A stretch of DNA of 64,000 nt from assembly GCA_003353945.1 (NCBI GenBank), contig PIVM01000002.1, positions 5,569 through 69,568 of the forward strand, read 5' to 3'. The stretch comes from Gammaproteobacteria bacterium. Lineage in GTDB: Bacteria; Pseudomonadota; Gammaproteobacteria; Pseudomonadales; PIVM01. The stretch's first letter is position 1, and every line of letters starts with the position of its first letter. This document shows, one piece after another, positions 39,498 through 49,200 of this stretch. The translations under genes and the position numbers were made by a program. The notes below the pieces were generated by a model that did no database searches, was not told where the DNA came from, and saw only the letters and a list, made by a program, of their open reading frames with translations.

Positions 39498-40652
39498 ATG
39501 GACTTTGCTTTTACTGACGAGCAAAAAATGATACAGGATACGGCGCAGAGTTTTCTCGCCGATGTATCCAACTCTGATGCAATTCGTGCCGCGATGGAAA
39601 CCGAATTGGGCTATGACGAACAAATCTGGCAGCGTATCTGCAACGAGCTCTATTTCCATGCGATTACCATCCCTGAAGAATACGGTGGCATGGGCTTGGG
39701 TTATGTAGAGCTGGTTGCCGTGATGGAGCAGATGGGTCGCTATCTGCTGTGTTCGCCTTATTTCTCGACGGTTTGTTTGGCAACCAATGCCTTGCTTGTC
39801 GCAGCCAATGAAGAGCAGAAAGCCATTTGGTTGCCCAAAATCATGGAAGGCACTACCGCCACATTGGCGTATACCGGTCGCAATGGCAAATGGGATGCAG
39901 AGGCTATTCAGGCAACCTATGAAAAAGATGGCGATCATTATAATTTGAACGGAACGTTACGATTTGTGCCGGACGGACATTCCGCTGATTTGCTTATTGT
40001 AGCGGCTCGATCCAAGGGTTCCCTGGGGGATAAGGATATCAGTTTGTTCCTGGTGCCAGCGGGGACTAAAGGCGTGACGCAGACTTGGCTACCTACCATG
40101 GATCAGACGAAAAGGGTGGGGGAAGTAAGCCTTGATTCTGTAGATGTCACTCATGACAAGTTGCTGGGTGACGAGGCTGATGATTGGCCCAAATTGGAAA
40201 AAATCATCCAATTGGCGACGGTGGCCGCAGCGGCAGAGCAAATGGGCGGGACGCAACAGATTCTGGATATGACCGTGCAGTATACCCAGGAGCGCTATCA
40301 GTTTAATCGTCCTATCGCCAGTTTTCAGGCGGTGAAACATCAGGCAGCCGATATGATGCTGAGAGCCGAGGTATCTCGCTCTGCGGTGTATTACGCAGCC
40401 TGTGTTGCCCAAGAGGCTTTGAGCGGAGGCGCTTTGGCTGATGAGCTGCCCGAAGCGGCCAGTGTGGCAAAAGCCTACTGTTCAGATGCCTATTTTTCCA
40501 ATGCCAGTGACGCGCTGCAGCTGCACGGTGGTGTGGGGTTTACTTGGGAATACGATGTTCATCTCTACTTAAAACGGGCCAAATCCATGGAGCATTTTCT
40601 CGGTGATAGTACTTATCATCGTGAGAAGGTTGCTTCTCTGTTGCTTGATTAG
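39498..40652 (+). CDS. acyl-CoA dehydrogenase family protein, small-subunit type (paralogue of 29293..30348)
   Basis: 384 aa from ATG 39498 (a GTG alternative is at 39489). FQAVKHQAADM and LHGGVGFTWEYDVHLYLKRA blocks are shared with the paralogue. Confidence 0.78.
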   Translation: MDFAFTDEQKMIQDTAQSFLADVSNSDAIRAAMETELGYDEQIWQRICNELYFHAITIPEEYGGMGLGYVELVAVMEQMGRYLLCSPYFSTVCLATNALLVAANEEQKAIWLPKIMEGTTATLAYTGRNGKWDAEAIQATYEKDGDHYNLNGTLRFVPDGHSADLLIVAARSKGSLGDKDISLFLVPAGTKGVTQTWLPTMDQTKRVGEVSLDSVDVTHDKLLGDEADDWPKLEKIIQLATVAAAAEQMGGTQQILDMTVQYTQERYQFNRPIASFQAVKHQAADMMLRAEVSRSAVYYAACVAQEALSGGALADELPEAASVAKAYCSDAYFSNASDALQLHGGVGFTWEYDVHLYLKRAKSMEHFLGDSTYHREKVASLLLD

Positions 40653-40706
40653 GTATTGACTGATCGCTTATCGATTGAATCGGATTCACTTACTGAGGAA
40701 AGAAAA

Positions 40707-41903
40707 ATGCAATTGAGTTTCAGTCCTGAAGACGAACAGTTTCGCGAAGAGGTAGCAAGCTGGTTGCAGGATAATTTGACTGGCGAGTTTGAAAAGCTGA
40801 AGTTTCGCGGTGGGCCGGGTGATGAACACATGTATCCGGAAGAACGCAAAGTCTGGGAGCAGAAGCTGGCCGACGGTGGTTGGACCTGTGTGGGTTGGCC
40901 CAAAGAATACGGTGGCCGCGGTTGCTCTATTGAACAGCAAGTTATCTATTTTGAAGAATATGCCAGGGCTGGGGCGCCGGGTCGCGTTGGTCATATTGGC
41001 GAAGGCTTGGCCGGTCCCACCATTATTGCCTTTGGGACCGAGGAGCAGAAGAAAAAATACCTGCCCGGTATCGTTAATGGCACAGAACTATGGTGTCAGG
41101 GATATTCCGAGCCCAATGCCGGTTCTGATTTAGCAAACGTCAAAACGAAAGCGCATTTTGACGAAGAAAAAGGCAAATGGATTATCAATGGCCAGAAGGT
41201 CTGGACCTCGCTGGCGCATGAATCTGAATACGTGTTTGTGATTGCGCGAACAGATCCTGAGTCGGTGGCTCATAAAGGCCTGGGATTCTTCCTGCTGGAA
41301 ATGGATCAGCCGAAGATCGAAGTGCGGCCCATTCAACAGATTACCGGTACCCACGAATTCAATGAAGTGTTTTTCGATGACGCACAATGCGGTGCTGACG
41401 GTATTATCGGTAATCCTGGCGATGGATGGAAAGTGGCCATGGGCTTGCTGGGCTTTGAACGCGGTGTTTCAACGCTGGGTCAGCAAATGCTGTTTCAGAA
41501 TGAACTGGATGAGATTATCAGCATTGCCAGAGAAAATGGCGCTGCAGAAAACCCTGTGATACGACAAAGGATTGCTGATGCGCATATTGGATTGAAGATC
41601 ATGCGATACAACAGTATGCGCATGCTCTCTGGTAGCGAGGACGGCAGTCTGCACAAAGAAGCGCTGATCTATAAATTGTACTGGGCGACATGGCATCGGG
41701 ATTTGGGCAAGCTGGCCATGGATGTGTTGGGAGAGGAAGCTGAAATGCTGGAAAGTGCTCCTTATAACCTGACTAGGTTGCAGTCGATGTATCTGTTTGT
41801 GCGCTCCGATACGATTTATGGTGGTACCAATGAGATTCAGCGCAATATCATTGCAGAGCGCGGTCTGGGAATGCCTAAAGAGCCTAAGGTGCAGATTAAG
41901 TAA
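40707..41903 (+). CDS. acyl-CoA dehydrogenase, large-subunit type (paralogue of 28110..29282)
   Basis: ATG 40707 after GAGGAA. The N-terminus MQLSFSPEDEQFREEVASW aligns with MDLAYTEEHKAFREEIRSW. WCQGYSEPNAGSD and IYGGTNEIQRNIIAERGLGMPKE. Confidence 0.8.
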   Translation: MQLSFSPEDEQFREEVASWLQDNLTGEFEKLKFRGGPGDEHMYPEERKVWEQKLADGGWTCVGWPKEYGGRGCSIEQQVIYFEEYARAGAPGRVGHIGEGLAGPTIIAFGTEEQKKKYLPGIVNGTELWCQGYSEPNAGSDLANVKTKAHFDEEKGKWIINGQKVWTSLAHESEYVFVIARTDPESVAHKGLGFFLLEMDQPKIEVRPIQQITGTHEFNEVFFDDAQCGADGIIGNPGDGWKVAMGLLGFERGVSTLGQQMLFQNELDEIISIARENGAAENPVIRQRIADAHIGLKIMRYNSMRMLSGSEDGSLHKEALIYKLYWATWHRDLGKLAMDVLGEEAEMLESAPYNLTRLQSMYLFVRSDTIYGGTNEIQRNIIAERGLGMPKEPKVQIK

Positions 41904-41999
41904 ATTTCTTATACGCCTCTCCCCAAGAGCGTGTTGTAAAAGCGAAACTGTCTCCTCTCCCTCTGGAAGAGGGGTAAAACACCCTAGCTGGAGTAAACA

Positions 42000-42788
42000 A
42001 TGGATATCAAAGTACCGAGTTATGTTCCCGGTCATAAATTAATAGACGGTAAATCCGTGCTGGTCACGGCTGCTGCGGGTGCCGGAATCGGTTTCTCGGC
42101 TGCAACGCGAGCGGTTGAGGAAGGTTGTCGCGCGATCGTGATCAGTGACATACACGAAGGACGGCTGGAAAAGTCCGTGGCAAAGCTAAAAGAAGAAACC
42201 GGTTTGCAAGAAGTGTATGGCAAAGTCTGCAATGTGGTTGTCGAACAAGACGTGCAAGCACTGGTTGATTTTGCAGAAGAAAAACTCGGTGGCGTTGATG
42301 TGCTGATTAACAATGCCGGCCTGGGAACATCAAAGCTGCTGATCGACATGGAAGATGATGAGTGGGACAAAGTGATTCAGGTGACTTTGTATGGCACCAT
42401 GCGCATGACCCGTTGCATGATGAAGGCCATGCAAAAACGCGGTGCTGGGGTAATAGTCAATAATGCCTCGGTGTTAGGTTGGCGTGCTCAAAAGGAGCAG
42501 TCGCACTATGCAGCGGCTAAAGCAGGCGTGATGGCACTGACCCGTTGTGCAGCGCTGGAAGCGGCGGACATCGGTGTGCGTATCAATGCCGTGGCGCCCT
42601 CCATTGCCATGCACCCCATGTTGAGAAAATCCGCACCCGCTGAGTTGCTGGCTGAGCTTGAGGCGAAAGAAGCCTATGGCCGTGCTGCCGAAGTATGGGA
42701 AGTGGCGAATATCATGATGTTTTTGGCGTCGGATTATTCAAGTTATTTGACGGGCGAAATTATTAGTTGTTCTAGTCAGAGGGCTTAG
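42000..42788 (+). CDS. short-chain dehydrogenase/reductase (IpdF-like size and type)
   Basis: 262 aa. TAAAGAGIG, NNAG and YAAAKAG motifs. Confidence 0.7.
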   Translation: MDIKVPSYVPGHKLIDGKSVLVTAAAGAGIGFSAATRAVEEGCRAIVISDIHEGRLEKSVAKLKEETGLQEVYGKVCNVVVEQDVQALVDFAEEKLGGVDVLINNAGLGTSKLLIDMEDDEWDKVIQVTLYGTMRMTRCMMKAMQKRGAGVIVNNASVLGWRAQKEQSHYAAAKAGVMALTRCAALEAADIGVRINAVAPSIAMHPMLRKSAPAELLAELEAKEAYGRAAEVWEVANIMMFLASDYSSYLTGEIISCSSQRA

Positions 42789-42798
42789 TATTCCTTAC

Positions 42799-42842
42799 CC
42801 CTCACCCTAACCCTCTCCCCTGGGAGAGGGTTAGGGTGAGGG
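42799..42842. repeat. perfect 20-bp-stem GC-rich palindrome (REP-like)
   Basis: CCCTCACCCTAACCCTCTCC cctg GGAGAGGGTTAGGGTGAGGG, with no flanking U-run. Related half-sites and shorter versions occur in other spacers of the island. Confidence 0.85.
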
Positions 42843-42868
42843 TAAAAAATTAAAAAAGAGGAAAAATT

Positions 42869-44071
42869 ATGAGAGACGCAGTTATTGTATCAACAGCCCG
42901 CACACCCATTGGTAAAGCCTATAAGGGTGCGTTTAACGACACCGAAGCGCCAGCCATGGGCGCACATGTTATCAAGCATGCGGTCGAACGAGCAGGTATT
43001 GAGGGCGCGGAAGTTGATGATGTATTGTTAGGGGTCGCCGCTCAGCAGGGCACTCAGGGTTATAACGTGGCGCGTTTGAGTGCAATGGCGGCCGGTTTGC
43101 CAGCTTCTGTCGCTGGTTTAACAATGGATCGTATGTGTTCATCCGGTTTGATGGGTATTGCTTATGCAGCGAAATCCATTATGACTAACGAGCAGGATAT
43201 TGTGGTTGCCGGTGGTTTGGAAAATATTTCGCTGACCCAGAACAAATACAAAAATACACACCGTAATGTATCCAAGGCAACATTAAAACAGTCGCCACAT
43301 ATGTATATGCCGATGATGGAAACGGCTGAAGTATTGGCCGAACGTTATGGTGTTTCTCGTGATGCTGCTGATGAGTTTTCTTACCAATCGCAGATGCGTA
43401 CCGCCGCAGGACAGAATGCGGGCAAGTTCGATGATGAAATCGTGCCGATGACCACTACCAAGTCGATCTTCAATAGGGAAACCAAGGAAACCACCTACGA
43501 AGAGGTGACCTTGGAAAAAGATGAAGGTAATCGCCCTAGTACAACGCTGGAAAGTTTGCAGTCATTGGAACCTGTTTATAAAGACGGTGTTGTGATTAAG
43601 CAAGGCAAGCACATTACGGCAGGTAATGCCTCGCAGCTTTCTGATGGCGCATCTGTCAGCGTACTGATGGACGCCAAGCTAGCCGAGCAAAAAGGTTTAT
43701 CACCACTAGGTGTTTATCGTGGTGTGGCCGTCGCAGGCTGTGAACCCGACGAAATGGGTATTGGTCCCGTTTATGCGGTGCCCAAGCTGTTGCAACGCAC
43801 GGGTTTGAAAATGGATGATATTGGCTTGTGGGAATTAAATGAAGCCTTTGCCTGTCAGGCGATCTATTGCCAGGATAAATTGGGCATTCCCAGCGAAACG
43901 CTGAATGTTAACGGCGGTGCCATTGCGGTTGGCCATCCCTTTGGCATGTCAGGTGCCCGCATGGTCGGTCATGCGCTGATTGAAGGCAAGCGACGCGGTG
44001 TGAAGTATGTGGTTGTGACCATGTGCATCGGTGGTGGTATGGGTGCCGCTGGCTTGTTTGAAGTATTGTAA
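42869..44071 (+). CDS. thiolase (acetyl-CoA acetyl/acyltransferase)
   Basis: 400 aa. DRMCSSG active-site Cys, and [18 protein letters not shown] and MCIGGGMG blocks. Confidence 0.85.
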   Translation: MRDAVIVSTARTPIGKAYKGAFNDTEAPAMGAHVIKHAVERAGIEGAEVDDVLLGVAAQQGTQGYNVARLSAMAAGLPASVAGLTMDRMCSSGLMGIAYAAKSIMTNEQDIVVAGGLENISLTQNKYKNTHRNVSKATLKQSPHMYMPMMETAEVLAERYGVSRDAADEFSYQSQMRTAAGQNAGKFDDEIVPMTTTKSIFNRETKETTYEEVTLEKDEGNRPSTTLESLQSLEPVYKDGVVIKQGKHITAGNASQLSDGASVSVLMDAKLAEQKGLSPLGVYRGVAVAGCEPDEMGIGPVYAVPKLLQRTGLKMDDIGLWELNEAFACQAIYCQDKLGIPSETLNVNGGAIAVGHPFGMSGARMVGHALIEGKRRGVKYVVVTMCIGGGMGAAGLFEVL

Positions 44072-44179
44072 GACTGTCAAGCCGTAGGGTGTGCCTTGCG
44101 CCCCCTGCCATTCTTGATCAATAGCCGGCTATATATGCCGGCTTTTTTGAATGTCAAAAAGCGAATTGTCGAGGTCGAC

Positions 44180-46219
44180 ATGAAATCATTGTGGAATGAG
44201 TGTGAAGCCAGTCGGTTTAATGCAGATGATTTGGCGTTGCGGGGCTATACCTCACGATTACTGGGGCGCTGTGAAGATCTGGTGCTGCATGGTGGCGGTA
44301 ATACCTCGGTAAAGGTATTAGAGAAAAATATTTTCGGGGATGATGAACACATCCTCTATGTAAAAGGCTCAGGCTGGGATCTGAAAACCATTGAGGCAGC
44401 CGGTTTTTCACCCTGTCGGCTTGATTACCTTAAGCGTCTGGCGACACTGGAAAGCATGACCGATACGCAAATCGCCGAGCAGTTGAAGGTCTCCCGTACG
44501 AATCCGAACGCGCCGTCACCCTCGGTGGAAGCGATTCTTCATGCATTGATTCCCTCTAAGTATGTCGATCATACCCATGCCGACGCCGTTGTTGCTTTGA
44601 GTAATACGCCGCACGGTGAGCAACGCTTGCGGGAATTGTACGGAGAGCGAATGTTGGTCTTGCCCTATATCATGTCGGGGTTTGTGTTAGCCAGACAGGT
44701 GTATGAGGCGACGCAAGCCATCGACTGGTCGAGCATTGATGGCATTATTCTTATGCATCATGGCGTTTTTACTTTTCACGACGATGCCAGGCAAAGTTAC
44801 GAAAAGATGATCGAGATAGTTGATCAGGCAGAACAGTATCTTGCAGAAAAGGGAGCGGATAAGCGAGCTACGGCGACGCATCAGCCAAGCGATGACGATT
44901 TGCTCGCCGTTGCCAGAATGCGTAAACAGGTAAGCGACTATGCGGGAAAAAATATGCTTGCTCAATGGAAATTGGATCTGCACAGTGTCGGTTTCAGTGG
45001 CCTGCCCAATTGTGGCGAACTTGTGAGTCGAGGACCCGTAACACCTGATCATGCCCTGCATACCAAACGCATCGCCGCTGATTTAAGTGCTGGTATAACA
45101 GAGGGAATTGATTGTTTCGTTAAAGATTATCAAGCGTATTTTGCAGAACACAATTTGGGAGAGCCTAATTTGGTAGAACATGGCTTGGTAGAACATGGCT
45201 TGGGAAAACATGGCTTGGGAAAACATGGCTTGCCAGATCCTGCGCCGCGTTATGCCATTTGGCCTGACAAGGGTGTGATGGTCTTTTCTCAGAATGCCAA
45301 GCGTGTTGGTGTGGTCAGTGATATTGTTGACCACACCTTAAAAGCGATTCAGGCCGCCGAAGCGGTGGAGTCCTGGCAAACTCTGTCGGCGAAAGCTATT
45401 TTTAAGCTCGAATACTGGGATCTGGAACAGGCAAAACTGACATCAGCAGAATCTGCGTCATCAGAATTTGAAGGTAAGGTCGCCGTGGTCACGGGTGCTG
45501 CTTCGGGAATTGGTCTGGCTTGCGCTGAGACGTTGCTGCAAGCGGGAGCCTGTGTATTGGCGCTGGATATTAATACTTTGGTTGTTGAGCGTTTTGATCA
45601 TGCACAAGCTCTTGGTGTCGTGTGTGATGTCACCGATGGGGATGCGATCAACACGGCACTGGCTGCTGCGATCAAACGTTTTGGTGGCATTGATATTGTT
45701 GTCAGTAATGCTGGCATGTTTCCCTCCAGCGCCAGATTGGAAGAGTTGAGTGATGAAACCTGGCAGAAAAGTCTGGATTTGAATCTGACATCGCATTTGA
45801 AATTGATACGTTCTGCAACGCCTTTTCTTAAATTGGGTTTGAGTCCGGCAATCGTGATTATCGCGTCAAAAAATGTACCGGCTCCTGGTCCGGGCGCGGG
45901 TGCCTATTCATCCGCCAAGGCTGGGTTAACACAGCTGGCACGGGTTGCCGCTTTGGAGCTGGGCGCTGATGGTGTGCGCGTCAATGTGCTGCATCCGAAT
46001 GCGGTATTTGATACAGGCGTCTGGTCGGAAGAGGTATTGGCAGCGCGAGCTCAACATTATGGATTGACGGTGGAGCAGTATAAATGTAACAACGTGCTGC
46101 AATCTGAAGTGACCTCCTATGATGTGGCGGATCTGACCCTGCAGCTTGCAGGCAAAGCGTTTGCCAAAACCACTGGGGCGCAGATTCCCATTGACGGCGG
46201 TAATGAAAGGGTTATCTGA
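44180..46219 (+). CDS. bifunctional class II aldolase/adducin-domain + SDR fusion protein
   Basis: 679 aa from ATG 44180. The N-terminal half has the LVLHGGGNTSVK aldolase-type motif. The C-terminal half has VTGAASGIGLA, SNAG and YSSAKAG. The ORF is open from 44096, but that extension has no homology-like content. Confidence 0.72.
   Translation: MKSLWNECEASRFNADDLALRGYTSRLLGRCEDLVLHGGGNTSVKVLEKNIFGDDEHILYVKGSGWDLKTIEAAGFSPCRLDYLKRLATLESMTDTQIAEQLKVSRTNPNAPSPSVEAILHALIPSKYVDHTHADAVVALSNTPHGEQRLRELYGERMLVLPYIMSGFVLARQVYEATQAIDWSSIDGIILMHHGVFTFHDDARQSYEKMIEIVDQAEQYLAEKGADKRATATHQPSDDDLLAVARMRKQVSDYAGKNMLAQWKLDLHSVGFSGLPNCGELVSRGPVTPDHALHTKRIAADLSAGITEGIDCFVKDYQAYFAEHNLGEPNLVEHGLVEHGLGKHGLGKHGLPDPAPRYAIWPDKGVMVFSQNAKRVGVVSDIVDHTLKAIQAAEAVESWQTLSAKAIFKLEYWDLEQAKLTSAESASSEFEGKVAVVTGAASGIGLACAETLLQAGACVLALDINTLVVERFDHAQALGVVCDVTDGDAINTALAAAIKRFGGIDIVVSNAGMFPSSARLEELSDETWQKSLDLNLTSHLKLIRSATPFLKLGLSPAIVIIASKNVPAPGPGAGAYSSAKAGLTQLARVAALELGADGVRVNVLHPNAVFDTGVWSEEVLAARAQHYGLTVEQYKCNNVLQSEVTSYDVADLTLQLAGKAFAKTTGAQIPIDGGNERVI
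45149..45238. repeat. in-frame 15-bp tandem repeat, about 6 copies (CATGGCTTGGNAGAA-type) in the linker of the aldolase-SDR fusion
   Basis: cacaatttgggagag cctaatttggtagaa catggcttggtagaa catggcttgggaaaa catggcttgggaaaa catggcttgccagat. This encodes HNLGE PNLVE HGLVE HGLGK HGLGK HGLPD. Confidence 0.9.
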
Positions 46220-46231
46220 GTGTAAAAAGTA

Positions 46232-49200
46232 ATGAACGCTGACAGCATTCGTATTAAAAACGCCCATCAAAACAATCTTAAAAACTTGGATTTAGAATTA
46301 CCCACCAATGAACTCATCGTGGTGACAGGGGTGAGTGGTTCGGGCAAGTCCACCCTGGCGTTTGACACGATTTATGCCGAAGGCCAGCGCCGTTATGTAG
46401 AAACTTTCTCGGCCTATGCCCGTCAGTTTCTCGACCGTATGGATAAACCAGCGGTCGATTCCATTGACGGCATTCCACCTGCCATCGCCATTGATCAGAC
46501 CAATCCGGTGCGTACCTCGCGGTCGACGGTTGGCACCATGACCGAGTTGAATGATTATCTGAAATTGTTGTTCGCACGAATGGCTCGTCTGTTTTGTCCA
46601 GGCTGTGGACGCGAGGTGGTCACCGAGAGTGCGCAGAGTATTGTCAACACAGTCTATCAGCAAGCACAATCTGAACAAGCTGTGATGATTACCTTCCCAG
46701 TCAGGGTGCCTGAGAATTTCACGAATTCAGAAATCATACGTTTGTTGGAACAGCAGGGTTATACGCGGATTCATCGCCAGCGACGACAGGGAAAAAACAG
46801 TACGGTTGAAGTTGTGCAGGACCGGTTGAAATTACGCAGCAACAACCGTGAACGCCTGAACGAGGCGGTTGAGGTGGCCTTGCAACACGGTAATGGCCAT
46901 GTGCGCATATACCCCCTTGACCAAAACCGTGAGGCACACAGTGCTTGGGTCTTTTCACGTTGCCATCATTGCCCCGATTGCGATATCGATTATGACAAAC
47001 CGTCACCTGGCACTTTTTCCTTTAACTCTGCGGTGGGTGCCTGTGAAAGCTGTCGTGGTTTTGGTCGAATCATTGGTGTGGATTTTTCACTGGTCATTCC
47101 CGATGATAAAAAAACGCTGGCAGAAGGCGCGGTCAAATCCTTTCAAACACAAAGCTATAATGAGTGTCAGCGTGAGTTAATGCACTTTGCGCGCAAGCGA
47201 GACATCCCCACCGACAAGCCTTGGAAAAAACTCAGTAAAAAACAACAGCGCTGGGTGCTGGAGGGTGAAGGGGAGTGGGAAGACGGCGTCTGGTATGGCG
47301 TGCAGCGTTTTTTTACCTGGCTGGAGAGCAAAGCCTATAAAATGCATATTCGGGTTTTACTGTCAAAATATCGGGCCTACACCGAATGTGAGCATTGCCA
47401 TGGTGCGCGCTTGAAACCCGCCGCCTTATGGTGGCGCTTGGGTGGCAAAAAAGAAGTTGATACGCTGATTGATTCCAAGGATCGTTTTGTGCCGATGGGT
47501 ATCAATATGGCGGATGCTGTCTGGCGCCAATTGCCGGGCCTGACAATACACGATGTGATGCGCCTGCCTCTGGTGCAATGCAGGGATTTTTTTTATCAGC
47601 TGCAACTGCCGGAGCCTTTTGATGAAGCATCCGAGATTTTACTCGGTGAGATACGTACGCGGCTGAGTTATCTGGTGGAAGTGGGGCTGGGCTATCTCAC
47701 CCTGGATCGCCAGTCGCGCACCTTGAGTGGCGGTGAAGTACAGCGTATTAATTTAACGACGGCGCTGGGTACATCGCTGGTCAATACATTGTTTGTATTG
47801 GATGAACCCAGTATTGGTTTGCATGCGCGTGATATTACGCGGCTGATCAAGGTGTTGCATCGCTTGCGGGATGCGGGCAATTCATTGCTGGTGGTTGAGC
47901 ATGATGCGCAGGTGATGCTGTCGGCTGACCGTATTCTTGATATGGGGCCGGGGCCAGGCAAGCAGGGCGGAGAAGTCTGTTTTTATGGCAAACCGGCAGC
48001 TTTGTTAAAACACAAACGTTCGCTGACGGCCGATTATCTTAGCGGAAGAAAGCAGGTGAGCGAAGGCGGCGAAGCCAATCCGCCGGATGCGAAAACACGC
48101 TATCTAAAGATCACAGGTGCCCGTGAAAATAATTTGAAAAACCTGGACGTTGAGATTCCACTTCAACGTCTGGTTTGTGTCTGTGGTGTCAGTGGTTCGG
48201 GCAAATCGACGTTGGTGCGTGATGTGCTCTATCAGGCGTTACGCAAGAAGATGGGTAAACCGCTGGAAGCGCCTGGTCTCTACCGCAAGCTCACCGGTGA
48301 TCACGTCATTGCGGATGTGGTGTTGGTTGATCAAAGCCCAATAGGTAAAACAACTCGTTCGATACCGGCGACCTATGTGGGTGCGTTTGATGCTATCCGC
48401 AAATTGTTCGTGAATGAACCGCTGGCGAAACAAAGACAGTACACGCCGGGCACTTTCAGTTTCAATTCCGGCAAGGGGCGTTGTCCCACCTGCCAAGGTA
48501 ACGGTTTTGAGCATGTGGAAATGCAGTTTCTCAGCGATGTGTATTTGCGTTGCACCGATTGTGACGGCAAACGTTTTCGTGAAGAAGTTCTGGATATCAA
48601 ACTGCTGGGTCGACGTGTCAGTACATCGTCAGCAGAGTCAAAACAAGCCTGCTCTATTGCCGATGTCTTACAGATGACGGTGGCGGAAGCTTTGGACTTT
48701 TTTGTTGATTATGTTGAAGTGGTGAAAGTATTACAACCGCTGGTCAATGTGGGTTTGCATTATGTGCAGCTGGGTCAAGCTGTCCCCACGCTCAGTGGTG
48801 GTGAAGCGCAACGTTTAAAACTGGCCGGGCATCTGGCAAAAACCGTGAAAAAAAAACCAACAAGCCAACACAAAGGGCTATTGTTCTTATTTGATGAACC
48901 CACAACGGGTTTGCACGCCGATGATATCGCAACCTTGATGCGTGCATTTCAGCAGTTGATTGGAGCAGGCCATTCCCTACTGGTCATTGAGCATAATCTG
49001 GATGTATTGGCGGCGGCGGACTGGTTGATTGAAATTGGACCCGAAGGAGGTGAAGGCGGGGGTGAGCTGGTTTTTCAAGGGACGCCACAGCAGATAGTGC
49101 AAGATAAGTGTTCGCACACAGGGCGCGCATTAAGTGACTATCAGATGGCGGCCAATCATGTTGTGCAGGCCAGCCCTGGGCAAGAACAATCGAAAACCAA

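Noticed and set aside
40656-40706. N-terminal extensions from alternative start codons (40656 TTG, 44096, 58450, 39489, 25154, 21338)
   Set aside because: In each case an internal ATG has a better Shine-Dalgarno sequence, and the homologous or conserved N-terminus begins there. The extensions look like translated intergenic DNA.
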